DNA from: Basidiobolus meristosporus CBS 931.73
Taxonomy: Eukaryota > Fungi > Basidiobolomycota
NCBI GenBank assembly: GCA_002104905.1
Contig: MCFE01000095.1
Location: forward strand, 109,420 to 173,419
Direction: 5' to 3'
Length of the DNA stretch: 64,000 bases
This document shows, in pieces, positions 38,916-50,644 of this stretch (positions are counted from its first letter, which is position 1; every line of letters starts with the position of its first letter). The notes beneath the pieces were generated by a model, which did not search any database, was not told the origin of the DNA, and saw only the letters and a program-made list of their open reading frames with translations. The position numbers were made by a program, and so were the translations under genes.

Positions 38916-41120
38916 TCAACTGGGGGAATGTGAGAACAACGAGGGGAAACTTTTGCCAGACTGTACAGAAGCAACTGAGTGATTGTCAGGTTCTGAGGAA
39001 GCAGGGGCCTGTGATCCCTCGGCATTTTGGGTAGGCTTTTGCTTGGTATCCTTGTTTGCTGAATTGTTGCTTTGAGTGAAGATGGAGGTGATCGCGGATA
39101 GTGCGGGTGAGTTGGTGTAGGATGTGGTAGGATTGGGTTTGCCGGATTGATTGCTGCGTTTGGCGTCGCCGGTAGGAGACTGTGACTGGTCCTTGGGCGA
39201 CTTGTTGCCCTTACCAGGGCTCCGGAATGACATCAACGATGGAAGTAACTTGAGCTTTCCAAGCTTCTCATTTAAGGGTAATTCCTTTAGCTGCTCCAAA
39301 TAAGCGGTAGAGGTGAAGCTCGGGAGAGAGTTTCGCTTGGATTCTTTGCTGGTCTTCCACCAGCTGGAGTCTTTAAGATCGGCATTCTTGGCCATGGCGT
39401 ATCCACGTGTGACAGCCGTCACATTTGGAAGTCCTCCTTCTAGGGTGAAATCGTCAGTGGACTTCAGCTTGCCTAGATCTGCGCTGGGTGGTGGTGGTTT
39501 GAGCCCAGAATCAGCAATCAGATCATCTGACGAGACGGAGGGGTCCAAAAGAGGTATCTCCAAGGGCATTTGAGAAGCAACAGCCGAGCTTTCATTAGGC
39601 TCCTTTAGGTATTCGCTGTCGATGTGGTCCTCGTTGTTGTCGCCTCCCCCCGTTTGGTCGAACCTGAATAGCTTGGTTGGAGTTTTGAACTCGCCCAAGC
39701 TTGTGGCATTGTCTTCGTTATCGCCCGTTTCCGATTGAGTGCGCAAAGCCACCTCATGCTGCATCTTCGTGATTCCGGCCGAATCGAAAATCCCACCCAA
39801 CCCCTCCGACAGGAAGAAGTGAGTATCATCCATGTTTGGTAAGACCATAATCTCATTGATTACCGCGCGAATCTGCTTCTCTAGAATGTTCGAAATGAAT
39901 GTCGACCGGATGACTCTATTGGAGATTACGGGGACGATGTCCAGAGTGATATGCGGATCCTCTTTGAAGCCCAGCCAAAAGCGATTGGTAGGTGGCGACT
40001 TCACCCTCAACTGCATTCGGCCTTCAGCTTTCCTGACTCTCACGGCAAGCTTCAGGGGTATGACGGAGTTGACGAATGGTGGCAGCGCAATGGTCATTTC
40101 GGTGTTGAATTCAATCCCAAAGCCGCCTCCGTAATGCAGTTCAAACTCAGCGCTCATCTCTCCGGCAGCATTTAGGTCGATCAACTTCGGGTGGGTTACT
40201 GAAGGAATGCTGTCCCCGAGCAACAGGTCTTTCACCGAGAACTCTTTGAGGAAGGTAGGGCGTTTGATTTTTGAGATCTTGAGTAGTATTTCGCGAACCA
40301 CAAAATCTTTGATTGCTTGGGTCTTGTACATCCCCAGGAATATACGCCCGAGGAGAGCATTCAGCCATTGGGTTTCTCGGTGATGCTCATCCAGATTTAC
40401 CTTGTCTATCAGCAGTCGCATGGCGGCTGGCTCAAAATTGGCGGGGTTTTGGTCGAAAAGCGTGTGTGTGGTTCCCCATTGTTTTAATCTAGATGCTCTA
40501 CACAACGCAAAAAACCAATCTTCTTTCTGCGTGGATGTGTTTATGAAAATATAATAATCGCTCTTCAAATCTTTGAAGGTGGATTCTTCCACGGCCTTCT
40601 TCTTCAACCGGATAGGGAAATCTTGCAGAAACACCTCATTATCCGGTAGATACGAGGGATAAAGTGATACGGTATAATAAGAAAGGGTAATCACCCCTTG
40701 ACATTCTATCATTTTCTCGTCCGCATAGAGGGAAAGAGTCTCATGTTTGAGAACAGCAAAATAGGAATCTTTGGGACGTTTTTGTCCCACATTTTTCCCC
40801 TCGATCAGACTGTTGATCCCCTGCATCATTAAGCCGGATATGATATTCGAGTCTACGTGGTCGAGTTTGAAATCCTTCGACATGCGTATCCAGCCGGAGA
40901 TTGAGTTGATGGTAACCTCGGCTTTATCATTTTTATCGTTGGGTTGCTTGGCATGGCTGGCGGTTTGTGGTTCGAAACGCGCTGCTACGCTTGGGGCATT
41001 ATCGATGGCTAGGCTTTGCCACCAATACAAGAATGAAACCACTGCTACAACAAAGATGAAGGGGGTTAAAATGGCCCCGCCGGTAAGGAAGGAGATTACC
41101 AGAGGCCAAAGCTCAGTCAT
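38916..41120 (-). CDS. ER-anchored PH + SMP domain lipid-transfer protein (Nvj2/TEX2-like)
   Basis: N-terminal TM, PH-like region (YFAVLKHETLSLY...QKEDWFFAL), SMP (ETQWLNALLGRIF, LGDSIP, PPTNRFWLGF, MVLPNMDD), disordered tail. Confidence 0.88.
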   Translation of the reverse strand: MTELWPLVISFLTGGAILTPFIFVVAVVSFLYWWQSLAIDNAPSVAARFEPQTASHAKQPNDKNDKAEVTINSISGWIRMSKDFKLDHVDSNIISGLMMQGINSLIEGKNVGQKRPKDSYFAVLKHETLSLYADEKMIECQGVITLSYYTVSLYPSYLPDNEVFLQDFPIRLKKKAVEESTFKDLKSDYYIFINTSTQKEDWFFALCRASRLKQWGTTHTLFDQNPANFEPAAMRLLIDKVNLDEHHRETQWLNALLGRIFLGMYKTQAIKDFVVREILLKISKIKRPTFLKEFSVKDLLLGDSIPSVTHPKLIDLNAAGEMSAEFELHYGGGFGIEFNTEMTIALPPFVNSVIPLKLAVRVRKAEGRMQLRVKSPPTNRFWLGFKEDPHITLDIVPVISNRVIRSTFISNILEKQIRAVINEIMVLPNMDDTHFFLSEGLGGIFDSAGITKMQHEVALRTQSETGDNEDNATSLGEFKTPTKLFRFDQTGGGDNNEDHIDSEYLKEPNESSAVASQMPLEIPLLDPSVSSDDLIADSGLKPPPPSADLGKLKSTDDFTLEGGLPNVTAVTRGYAMAKNADLKDSSWWKTSKESKRNSLPSFTSTAYLEQLKELPLNEKLGKLKLLPSLMSFRSPGKGNKSPKDQSQSPTGDAKRSNQSGKPNPTTSYTNSPALSAITSIFTQSNNSANKDTKQKPTQNAEGSQAPASSEPDNHSVASVQSGKSFPSLFSHSPS

Positions 41121-42382
41121 GCTTCTGAAAAGGACTGGATGATCTGTTAATTCTCGCTATACCCAAACTGGTTATCGCCAAGGTTGGATAGTATCGACTT
41201 TGAAAGATGTTTGGCCTGGGTTGGGGGAGGCCGTTTACAGTTAATGAACATTAAGTAAAAAAACCGGGCATGTCTACCCCCAAAAAGCCCAGCCTGATTG
41301 ACACGACATCAATGCAGAAATGGAAGTCGATTCCAGTACAAGTTTGGTTTAAGTTGCATTTAAAACAGCCTAGTTTATGCCAAGTCGATCACCATATTCC
41401 ACTTGTGGGTATCCTCATTATGTTCTATTTATAGAAATCGCGCTATTTATTTTATACATTGCATTGCGTGGAATGATGACCCATGAAATTCTCGCAAATT
41501 CTACATATTCCACATCCGATAGTTTACCCTTCGCAGATAGAGTAGTATGTGGGTGAAGGCAACAGCTCACCAACCACCCTCGCTTGAGATACCCTATAAT
41601 ATTGCGGTGAATGGATGGGCCAGTGAATAAGCTGGGCTTACTTGTTATTCGGTACTTTGGTTGGTGGGCGAACTGTTAACAGTTCATCATGACAAATGGG
41701 ATAAAGTTACGAAATGTTGGACAAAAAATAGACCGAGAGGAGTAGCTATCAACACTCACCAGGAATAACCACTGTTCGACAAGATTCATCGGGAATTCTA
41801 ATAGGTTCAAGTATTGTGGTTTGGATATGCCATTCTTGGAAATATCTCCAAGCGGCCCGACTAGATACATTTCTTATTTGGTTTCGGTACACTTCTCATT
41901 TTGGAATCTCTTGTTTTCAGGTAACTATTTACACTAACAAGAATACTTGGGAACAGTCACTTTCGACAACAAGAATTTCTTTAAATGGAAATTTCTTTGT
42001 TATAGACACCTGGTGTGGCTCCTTAAAGCGGAATCGGTGGCTCTAACTATATTTAGCCTTCACATAGTTGGAATTCAAGATCTACTTGCCATGGTTAGGA
42101 GCTCGATTCAAGATTATGTCCACAATCAAGGCATTCTGACTGGGTCAATGGACTTAATCTTCTATCTTTCATATTTAGCAACAAACAAAAGCTACTCTTG
42201 ATTGGTGATTGTTGGCGGATGGATAGATCTTGGCCAGATGGAAGCCATGCAACCAATCGTTGAGAAATGTTGGTAGAGTGTTCGGTTGTACTCGCTTCTT
42301 TTAGGACTTGTCTTTCCAAAGTTGCCAGACGATTTATGATATAAAAGGGTGCGCTCGTCTTTATCCAATTCATCAAATCATC

Positions 42383-43882
42383 ATGAAGTTGTTGTCCGTG
42401 TTATCCACCCTCTCTTTGGCTTTGTTCGCTTCGTCTACAGCCGCCATTAATCCACTTAAGATTAAAGGCGCCAAGTTCTTCGATAGCGTTACTGGAGAGC
42501 AATTCTTTATCAAGGGCGTAGCTTATCAGCCCAGTGGTCCCAATGGTAGCATTATCGATCCTCTTGCCGATCCTACAACCTGCAAGAGAGACATTGAGTA
42601 TTTCACCGACTTGGGCTTGAATACTATCCGTGTTTATCAAGTCGACAACACCTTGAACCACGATGAGTGCATGAACGCTCTGGCGGATAAAGGCATCTAT
42701 TTGGTTTTGGATCTTTCCACCCCGAAGTATTCTATCAACCGTAAGGATCCTAGATATGACGTGGAAATATTGAACCACTACAAGAAGACCGCAGACGCTT
42801 TTGCTGGCTATCCCAATGTGATCGGATTCTTTGCTGGAAATGAGGTCGTAAACAATGTCAACGCTACCCATGCCGCGCCTTTCGTGAAGGCATCTATTCG
42901 TGATTTGAAGGCACACATGAAGACCAAAACGAGACACATTCCCATTGGTTACTCAACCAATGATGCAGCCGAGACCAGAGTGCAGTGCGCTGATTACTTC
43001 AACTGTGGTGAAGAGGCCGATAGAGTCGATTTTTACGGCTACAACATTTATTCTTGGTGTGGTGACGATGCCACTTTTGTGAGCTCCCAGTATTACGAGC
43101 GCACCCAACAATTCTCCACTTACAGCGCTCCTGTCTTTTTGAGCGAGTTTGGATGTAACACCAACGGTGTTCGCTCATTCCATCAAGTCAAGGCCATCTT
43201 CGGTCCCGATATGGATACAGTCTTTTCTGGTGGTATCGTTTATGAGTATACTGAGGAGAAAAACAACTACGGATTGGTGACCATCACAGACGGCGAGGTT
43301 ACCAAAAGGCAATGTTATCAAAATTTGAAGACTGAGTTGGAATCCGTTGATCCCACCAAGTTGACTATGTCAAGCTACAGCTCGAGCCTGCAACCAAGCC
43401 AATGTCCAGCAATCGGCGCTGACTGGAATGCCAGCACCAAGATCCCTCCCACACCTTCCGAAGAGTTGTGCTCAGAAATGTATAACTCTCTAGAGTGTGT
43501 GCTGAATGAAAAGACAGACCCTTCAGCATACGGTACCCTCTACGGCTACGTAGCAAGTAAGGGTATATCTTCCGCGGATGTTGATGAGAATGGAACAACC
43601 GGCACTTACGGAAAATATGCTGGCTGTAGTCCCGCACAGCGTTTGTCTTATATGCTTAACCAGTATTACCTCGAGAGCCACAAAAAGCCCACCAGCTGTA
43701 ACTTTGACGGCAAAGCAAACATTGTGACTCCCACCGGAAAAAGCCCCAGCACCTCCGAGTCTGGCAGCGAGACATCCAGCTCGAGCAACAAATCAGACAA
43801 TAAGAACGGTGCTCAATCTCTTACCATCATGTCGGCCTTGACCGTCTTTGCCGTGTCGGCAGTGTCCTCAGCACTCTTCTGA
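42383..43882 (+). CDS. GH72 1,3-beta-glucanosyltransferase (Gas/Gel) with X8 domain and GPI signal
   Basis: FFIKGVAYQP, IDPLAD, GLNTIRVY, GFFAGNEV, NIYSWCG, LSEFGCN, SGGIVYEY; Cys-rich X8; Ser-rich linker; hydrophobic C-terminus. Confidence 0.96.
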   Translation: MKLLSVLSTLSLALFASSTAAINPLKIKGAKFFDSVTGEQFFIKGVAYQPSGPNGSIIDPLADPTTCKRDIEYFTDLGLNTIRVYQVDNTLNHDECMNALADKGIYLVLDLSTPKYSINRKDPRYDVEILNHYKKTADAFAGYPNVIGFFAGNEVVNNVNATHAAPFVKASIRDLKAHMKTKTRHIPIGYSTNDAAETRVQCADYFNCGEEADRVDFYGYNIYSWCGDDATFVSSQYYERTQQFSTYSAPVFLSEFGCNTNGVRSFHQVKAIFGPDMDTVFSGGIVYEYTEEKNNYGLVTITDGEVTKRQCYQNLKTELESVDPTKLTMSSYSSSLQPSQCPAIGADWNASTKIPPTPSEELCSEMYNSLECVLNEKTDPSAYGTLYGYVASKGISSADVDENGTTGTYGKYAGCSPAQRLSYMLNQYYLESHKKPTSCNFDGKANIVTPTGKSPSTSESGSETSSSSNKSDNKNGAQSLTIMSALTVFAVSAVSSALF

Positions 43883-44203
43883 TCTGTATTATTCCAAGAC
43901 AATCCCCAATTCCCAATAGACACTTTAGATTTCATACTGATGTTTTATCATTCGATCCTCAACGCAGGTTATAATGAGTTCCAAGTTACTTTTTATACAC
44001 CTATTAGTACATATATTACTTTATGCTAATCCCCAGTCCTTGAAAATAAAAAATCAACCATGAGCCTTGCTAGAAAGCTGTTTGGTGTACGTGCACTGAA
44101 TCTGTATAAGGTAGAGTGGTGACGCCTTGATACCGCCGCATCTAATTTTTAAACAACTGCGCCTGGACAGGTTGCTATATTCATCACAGGTGTGAGGAGG
44201 AAC

Positions 44204-44977
44204 TCAGAATATTTGGAAGTCCGAGGGAAAGAGCCACTTGCGAATCGATCTCATCAAAACGTAGCCATCCCAAGAGCAATCATTTGGCTGTGGGTGACGA
44301 GGCCCTTCTTGCGATGGGGGCTTCGCCTGCTTCCTTTTCGCGGTTGATCTGGTCCTTGAGAACGGGGTTGAGCCGCTGGTGAATACCCAGTCACTGTTCA
44401 CCACTGTGACCACAACAAAGGTGTTCGACCTGACTTCATCCTCCAAGCTCCAAAATATTCGTCGTACCAGTCTTGCCACGGAGCCAGTGGGTGCCCAGAT
44501 GTGTAGAAGTTGTTTCTTCAGATCGCAACCAACCACCGTGCGAGTGGACCGTTTCACGCCCAACAATTTCTTACGTAGAATGCGTAAGGCGTCGAACTTC
44601 GTGAACTGGCGTCGAAAGGCGAACGCACGTGTTACCGAGACTCCTATCGTAGGATTATATTGATCTACGTTGAAGGACACCAGATAGTCGGTCATTGGTC
44701 CCCCAGTGGGGAAATAGGTAACCTCCATCTCAGTAGCATACAGCTTGAGGTTGGGCAACAGCCTATGCAATAGTTCGTAGGATAGTGCTTCGGAGAAGAC
44801 TGAGCTACCGCCAGCGTTCGGAAGATCTCTAATTCTACGCGAGCCCTCAGATAAATTGAAACTCTCAAATGGTTGCTGCAGAGTATCCAGATACGTGAGG
44901 ATTAGATCGGATTTTCCGCTGGTGGTTAATCCACTCAAGAGCCGTTTGTAACACTGTAAGTTCAGGTAAATTGCCAT
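44204..44977 (-). CDS. Uncharacterised AAC4-like protein (257 aa)
   Basis: NAGGSSVFSEALSYE, TEMEV.YFP.GG..TDY, GVSVTRA, LRKKL.G, KQLLHIW resemble the Dictyostelium AAC4-like family as I recall it (not searched). Confidence 0.65.
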   Translation of the reverse strand: MAIYLNLQCYKRLLSGLTTSGKSDLILTYLDTLQQPFESFNLSEGSRRIRDLPNAGGSSVFSEALSYELLHRLLPNLKLYATEMEVTYFPTGGPMTDYLVSFNVDQYNPTIGVSVTRAFAFRRQFTKFDALRILRKKLLGVKRSTRTVVGCDLKKQLLHIWAPTGSVARLVRRIFWSLEDEVRSNTFVVVTVVNSDWVFTSGSTPFSRTRSTAKRKQAKPPSQEGPRHPQPNDCSWDGYVLMRSIRKWLFPSDFQIF

Positions 44978-46717
44978 GCTGTGCTTACAGTCTAGTCTCT
45001 ACCAAAGTGCCGGTTGGGAAATCTTGGCTTCTTATCTGTACTGTGGGTTCGATCTACTCTGGATTCCCGAAGATCAAGAGGTTTAGGTCAGAGTTGTAGA
45101 GCTAGGTAGCGAGCCTTTTAAACCAAATGACTGTTTCAATCAAACGGCAAAACAAATACCTCCACAACAATGCAAGGTTGCTTCGTAATCAATCTGGGAG
45201 GGATTGTCAAGGGTGTCCAGTCCAGGTGATGAAGGGGTTAAATGAAGGAGTCAGTTTAGTGATTGATTTGATGGGATTTCCTGGCGAAAGCTGGTTAGTT
45301 TTAAATCATTTCAAGTGAGGATATTGCTACCTGCTGTAGCATTTGATATATAGTAATATTAATCGTATGCAAGCGCAATCTTAGAAGCTACCTTGTCCTT
45401 ATTCAATAGCAACAGTCAACCAAAGAGAGCGTGTGAATCTTGTGTCTGGCCAAGGAAAGCGATCACAGTGGCCACGATATTGTTAGTTCATCTTGGGATG
45501 GAATGTATGGTTGAAGCGTACTTATAGCATGCCGACCAATCCGCAGAACTCGTGGGTGTAAGGGATAGGTTGTGATTTTAGGGCCGCATGAACTCTAATA
45601 TGACTCATCCAGTATCTTTGGCTTAGCCAACCCCGCGGATTACACAGACACCTGAATGGTGTTGTTGAGTTGTTAGAGACATTGTTGTTTGAATGGTCAA
45701 TATGACTTTGACAAACGGCTGAATCAGCTAACATGTTGACTTGGCAATAGTCTAGAGTTGAGGTAGCTAGACGCCAGCATAGATCTCTGTCAACAGCTCT
45801 CTGACATCCACTAGCGCAGACGTTCTACCCCAAGCCTGCCCTGGAAAGAACGTTACAGTGTATCAGAATTACTTGAGCGATGGGTGTCTAATTAATATCC
45901 CTGAGCATTGCTTGGATGCATCTCCAAGACTCTATTTGTAGAATCAGAACTTGGAATTTGGTTCCAAATTCGTGGTGTGCCAGACTCTCTTTGTGTTAGC
46001 CCCTTTCGAGCGAGAGGCGATCTGCCCCGGGGGGGGGGGGCTTCATCACTTCCGTTACCAATATGGTAATTACCCAATGCCCCAACCATCGAAACACAAA
46101 TCGTACAGCGATATATGGTTGATAGAGTCACTTTGGTTCAGTTACCAAGGTTAGATGGTATTTTGGATACTGGAGAGAAGGGCTTTGGTGGCAAGAGGTC
46201 ATCTAGGTACATTTCTAAGATTACGAACATAGTCGCTAATGAGTGGAACGTTTGCAAATTGGGGTAAATGAGACACGATCATTGCTGCGATGCCGGTGCC
46301 GGTATTGTATGGTAATTCAGATAGAGTTTTAAAAGAATTAGGAGTCAGAAAGACACTGCGTCCTCCAGTCTGATCGCGATTCCTATGCATTTGACTCACA
46401 CCTGTCATCGTGTTCTAGCAGTTACTGGTGGGTATCAGTATATTCAAGGGCCTATTCGCCAGTGTACAGCCAACCAATCATACCCATTATCCGTGTATCT
46501 ATGCTCTTCAGAGTCAACCGCTAAATACTTTGAACGCTGGGAAGTCCTATACTTGAGGACCCCTGTGTCGTTTATAGAATTGACATTGCTTACATCGAAC
46601 ACGAATGAAGTACTAAAGAATTTGCCGAATGAGCATATGAACTGTAAGAATAACATGGCTTGACCCTCATCTGCTCCATATGGCTGGGAGTAGTGGGTGT
46701 GGAAGATTAAATCCCGG

Positions 46718-47305
46718 TCACAATAGAATAGCGCTCTGGTAAAGGAATCCAAAGAGAAATAAGACAAAACAAACATGGAGAGCGGGAGCAGAGAGTGTGT
46801 TTCCCGATGATTTTTTTGGTGGTGCTTCTTTCGCGGATTCCTGTGTTCTTGGCATCTTGGAGGCCTTGTGCGTCTCGGGTGGGGCGGAGGCCTTCTCGGG
46901 GAGTGCGGGGTTCTTGATTTCAAAATAGCTTCCATAATACGCCTCATCGCGTCTGCCGCTCATTTTGATAACATATCTACCAGACTCCAAGTCAGTGGGG
47001 ACTTCCCAAGTGTAGGAGTGGTTGCCAGTGCCTAGATTCTTCACAATCTTGCTTGCCGATTTCAACTGAGAGGAGCTGCCAGTCATCAAATCTAGATCCA
47101 CTGACTTCGTCGTGTTCTTAGGCTCGCCCTCCCTGAGACATACATTAGTATGAATCCACAAATTTCATTGGCATTCATCTCATACAAACCACTTGATCTC
47201 GACGGTAGAGCCTGCATCCACAGCATTGTTGCCTGGGGCGTACAGAGCAATGTCGGCGGAAATGATCTTGGCTAAAATGGCAAAGGCAAGTAAGAAGTAT
47301 TTCAT
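46718..47305 (-). CDS. GPI-anchored Ser/Thr-rich surface protein with Kre9/Knh-like Ig-fold N-terminal domain; one intron
   Basis: Signal MKYFLLAFAILAKIISA, VEIKW|EGEPKN...VDLDLM...YTWEVP....GRYVIKM, hydrophobic C-terminus. Confidence 0.8.
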
Positions 47306-47727
47306 GATTTTGTTGCAGTTGTGGGAGAACCTGATCAGGCCAGATGCTTCTTGCATTGCTTAAATACTCGAGATCACATAAAATAGAGTTGCATCAGCAG
47401 TGGGATGCTTTTGGCGAAGTAGCCGCTTGGTGGTATGAAAGCTTGCTATCCTTGGCTTACACCTACACGCAGCACCACTGATGCAATGATGGGCCTGGTC
47501 AAGGTGTGCCAGTCTGTTTAACAGATCTCCATTGATGCCATTAGCCGGTATAATAAATGAACTACAGACTAGGCAATTAGGATAATTGGAAGATTTATTT
47601 GGGAAATTAGTTCGGAGCACCAGATGGAATCTCGTTTTAGAGATTGGAATAAAAACCACAATGTCCTACTAGAATACTTAAATAGATGAAACTCAAATAA
47701 ATTGAAACCAGTGCCATGCATGACGCT

Positions 47728-48264
47728 TCAGCACAAGTACACGATCAATGCGAAGGACAAAACTGTGAGGAAGCTCTGGTAGGTAGTAACGCTGGAATCG
47801 GATGTGTTACGTGCGTTGTTGGAGTTGTTCTGACTCTGGCCATTGTTACCGCTACTGGTGCTTGGGCTAGTGCTTCCATTGCTGGTGGTGCCTGAGGTGC
47901 TGGGTGAGGCTTGATCGATATTGGCGCCGATTGAGGTGCAGGTTTGTTTCAAGCCCTCCAATGCAGTTTGGTCAGGAACAGCGTTAGAGTTCATGGACTT
48001 TGCAGAGCAGGTGCCACAGGCGGTAAAGGTACTGAAATATTGCTTGGTGCACATACAGTCTTTCATAGCAATTGCACCAGCGTTGGAGCTTGAATCGGCG
48101 CTGGACATCTTGTCCTTACAACCAGGTGGTAGAGCAGCAAAGCAGGTGCGGCATTCGACAATGTCCAAGATTTGCACAGATTGGATGTTCACAACTTGTG
48201 TGGCGATAATGAGCAATGAGAGAAGAACGCTGATGTATTTAAGCATTTTTGATACCGACTTCAA
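47728..48264 (-). CDS. Small secreted 8-Cys GPI-anchored protein (CFEM-like spacing)
   Basis: Signal peptide, CxxC-x7-C-x20-CxC-x10-CxxC-x22-C, Ser/Thr/Asn linker, hydrophobic tail. Confidence 0.75.
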   Translation of the reverse strand: MKSVSKMLKYISVLLSLLIIATQVVNIQSVQILDIVECRTCFAALPPGCKDKMSSADSSSNAGAIAMKDCMCTKQYFSTFTACGTCSAKSMNSNAVPDQTALEGLKQTCTSIGANIDQASPSTSGTTSNGSTSPSTSSGNNGQSQNNSNNARNTSDSSVTTYQSFLTVLSFALIVYLC

Positions 48265-50644
48265 AGAGAACTAGCAAAACTGGAAGAGGAACTCAACAGA
48301 GCAGATGCGGGATTCGTTAACGTTAGAAGTTCCTTCAACGCTCCTTTTATTTCCCACCAGATGCATCAACGGTTCACGAGGATTTGCATAGAAAACGCTA
48401 ATTTAGGTTATGGGAGGACAGAATTTAGGAGGCTGCACATTCGAGCCGCCATATCAAAGGAACGATGCAGGAGCACTATGAACAAGTACATTCACTTATT
48501 ATCAGCATTCATATCATCAGTTACTTTAGCTTAATACACTAAATATATGTATCCACATCCATATTATAGGTTTATATGGACAAATGGCTAAAATGAGGCA
48601 ACCCCACTTGATCCCTGGTTTGTAATATTACAAGGTTTTACATTCCAATTCCCTAGTTGGATGGCTCGAATAACTCATGCTTGAAAATCGTAAAAATGGA
48701 AAAGCCCCTTGCAAAGAACGAATGGCCCAAAACACTGATGCACAAAGATACAAGCACAAAGCGCACTTGCAATAGCTGGGAACATTCCCATTATGAGTCA
48801 AAGATGCTTTTGGTTGTAACAATCTGTGCATTATCGTTTATCCGCAGTATCCATCCAACGCTTACCTGATTTGACAGTAATCGTCACACCAAGCTACTTC
48901 AGATGAATAGCGAAAGACTCGACGTTAGAAAATTGGTTTGTATTTCCCACAAATTAAGGGCTCCTATGAACCAAGCAGTATTCAAACCAGACCATACAGC
49001 ATGAAGTAAATGGGCTGCTGTGCCTCGTAAGACTAGGTGATTATCAGCGGTGGAGTGGCATTCTAGATGTGACCAATGCTTCCTTGATTATAGCCGAGTG
49101 GATAGATAAGGGAGTACAATTCGTTCAGGGCTGAGTTCATTCCCGAGTGTTCCAAGATCTGGCCGTTACATATCACTGACTTTATATTAAACTACACAAA
49201 ATCGTTTTGAGTTTAAGCTTTTAGGCGTATTTTGCGTGCTTTGGAAATATCATCGGGCTAGGTAGCCTGCACGAAGATCCCAATGTACTCCGAGTACTGA
49301 TACCTGTTCCATTATCCTTGTGGCACAATCACCGCAAATACTTGTCAAATAAATATCAATTAATTAGCCAGAACACCAATGCTCTCATGGATGGGAATCA
49401 CAAAGGGTAGAGAACTTCGAAATTGCTCAAGAGTCTCTATACGCAAAATGCAACTCTCTAAAACACTTCATCCCAAGACACGGACGAAGCGTTCAGTTAC
49501 ATGTTTTGCAGCAATCATGCTATGTCAAGAACTCCAGGGGAGCAAAGATGTGAGTGGCGTTTTGCCCTAGTTAGTGGTTCTTGTTCAAACCGACGGAAAC
49601 AGGCCCGGAATAATCACGTGGTAAAATGTGAAAGATGTCCTGGTATTAGGGGGTGAGGCATTACATCATATGGCAGTAAGAACCCATGCGGAAATTATGA
49701 AGCGTAATTACAACGAGTGTGTTGCTGTGCATATGTCTGGCACTAACCATTACCGCAGGTAGATTATCACCAACACTAGGGGACTTGGCTTTAACAGACT
49801 GAGATTCAAATCAATTTTCACCTGTACTTGGGAAGCAACCTCAACTTATATAGGCATATAGAAACATATACCCTAATAAACCTTGATACGTCTTTTTGCG
49901 AGGCTCATCTGCAGACACTTGAGAAAATTTTGCAAGGATTGAGGCTTTCTACAGCATAGAATATTTCTTTTTAATAATCCCACAATCCAGATAAACACCA
50001 GACTATCAAAGTTGTTTCAAACCTACGTCCATGTCCCGAATTGGGATTTCAAGAAGTTGAAATTGTTAGAAAATGGGTGGTTTCCCTTGCTGCCCTGTAT
50101 GGTAAAAATAAAAGGCCCTTCATCGCCCATCTTGAATGCTTCATGTTCTTGGTAGTTTACCTCCTTTGTGCCTCATTGATATTGATCGATTCAATATTCC
50201 CATCGAGTTGTAGTCATCACAAAGGCTATGAATCAATCTATATTCTTGGACGACCCCCCCAAAATACTGGGAAATGGTCTTACTATTGTATATGCTTCCA
50301 TACCAAAATTGCATATACTTCTGGCAGATGCTGCCAAAAATGAAGGTTAATCTAACCACATGGCTATAATTGGGCATGTAATTGATGTTTTTGGATCGAG
50401 AGAATCACCAGACGCCGTTGGAGTCTGGTCAGCTTGTACTGTTATTCTAGATCTATGTGAGGATTGAACTCGTTCGGCTGTTGATATGGCAAATGGCTAG
50501 GAGGCTCCTTTTCAAAAATTTGTAGCTTGTGCGACCTACATACATCATGTTCCCCATGTTAATTTTTCAGTTTATGGTCTCTGCTTAGGCAATATTTGAT
50601 TGCTGGCCCTTCCGTTTCCTCCCTTGTCTTTCCGAAGTAATCCA

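Noticed and set aside
41650-42250. Hydrophobic stop-riddled frame resembling a membrane-protein pseudogene
   Set aside because: Too many stops and no recognisable motif. AT/T-rich intergenic DNA gives such translations by chance.
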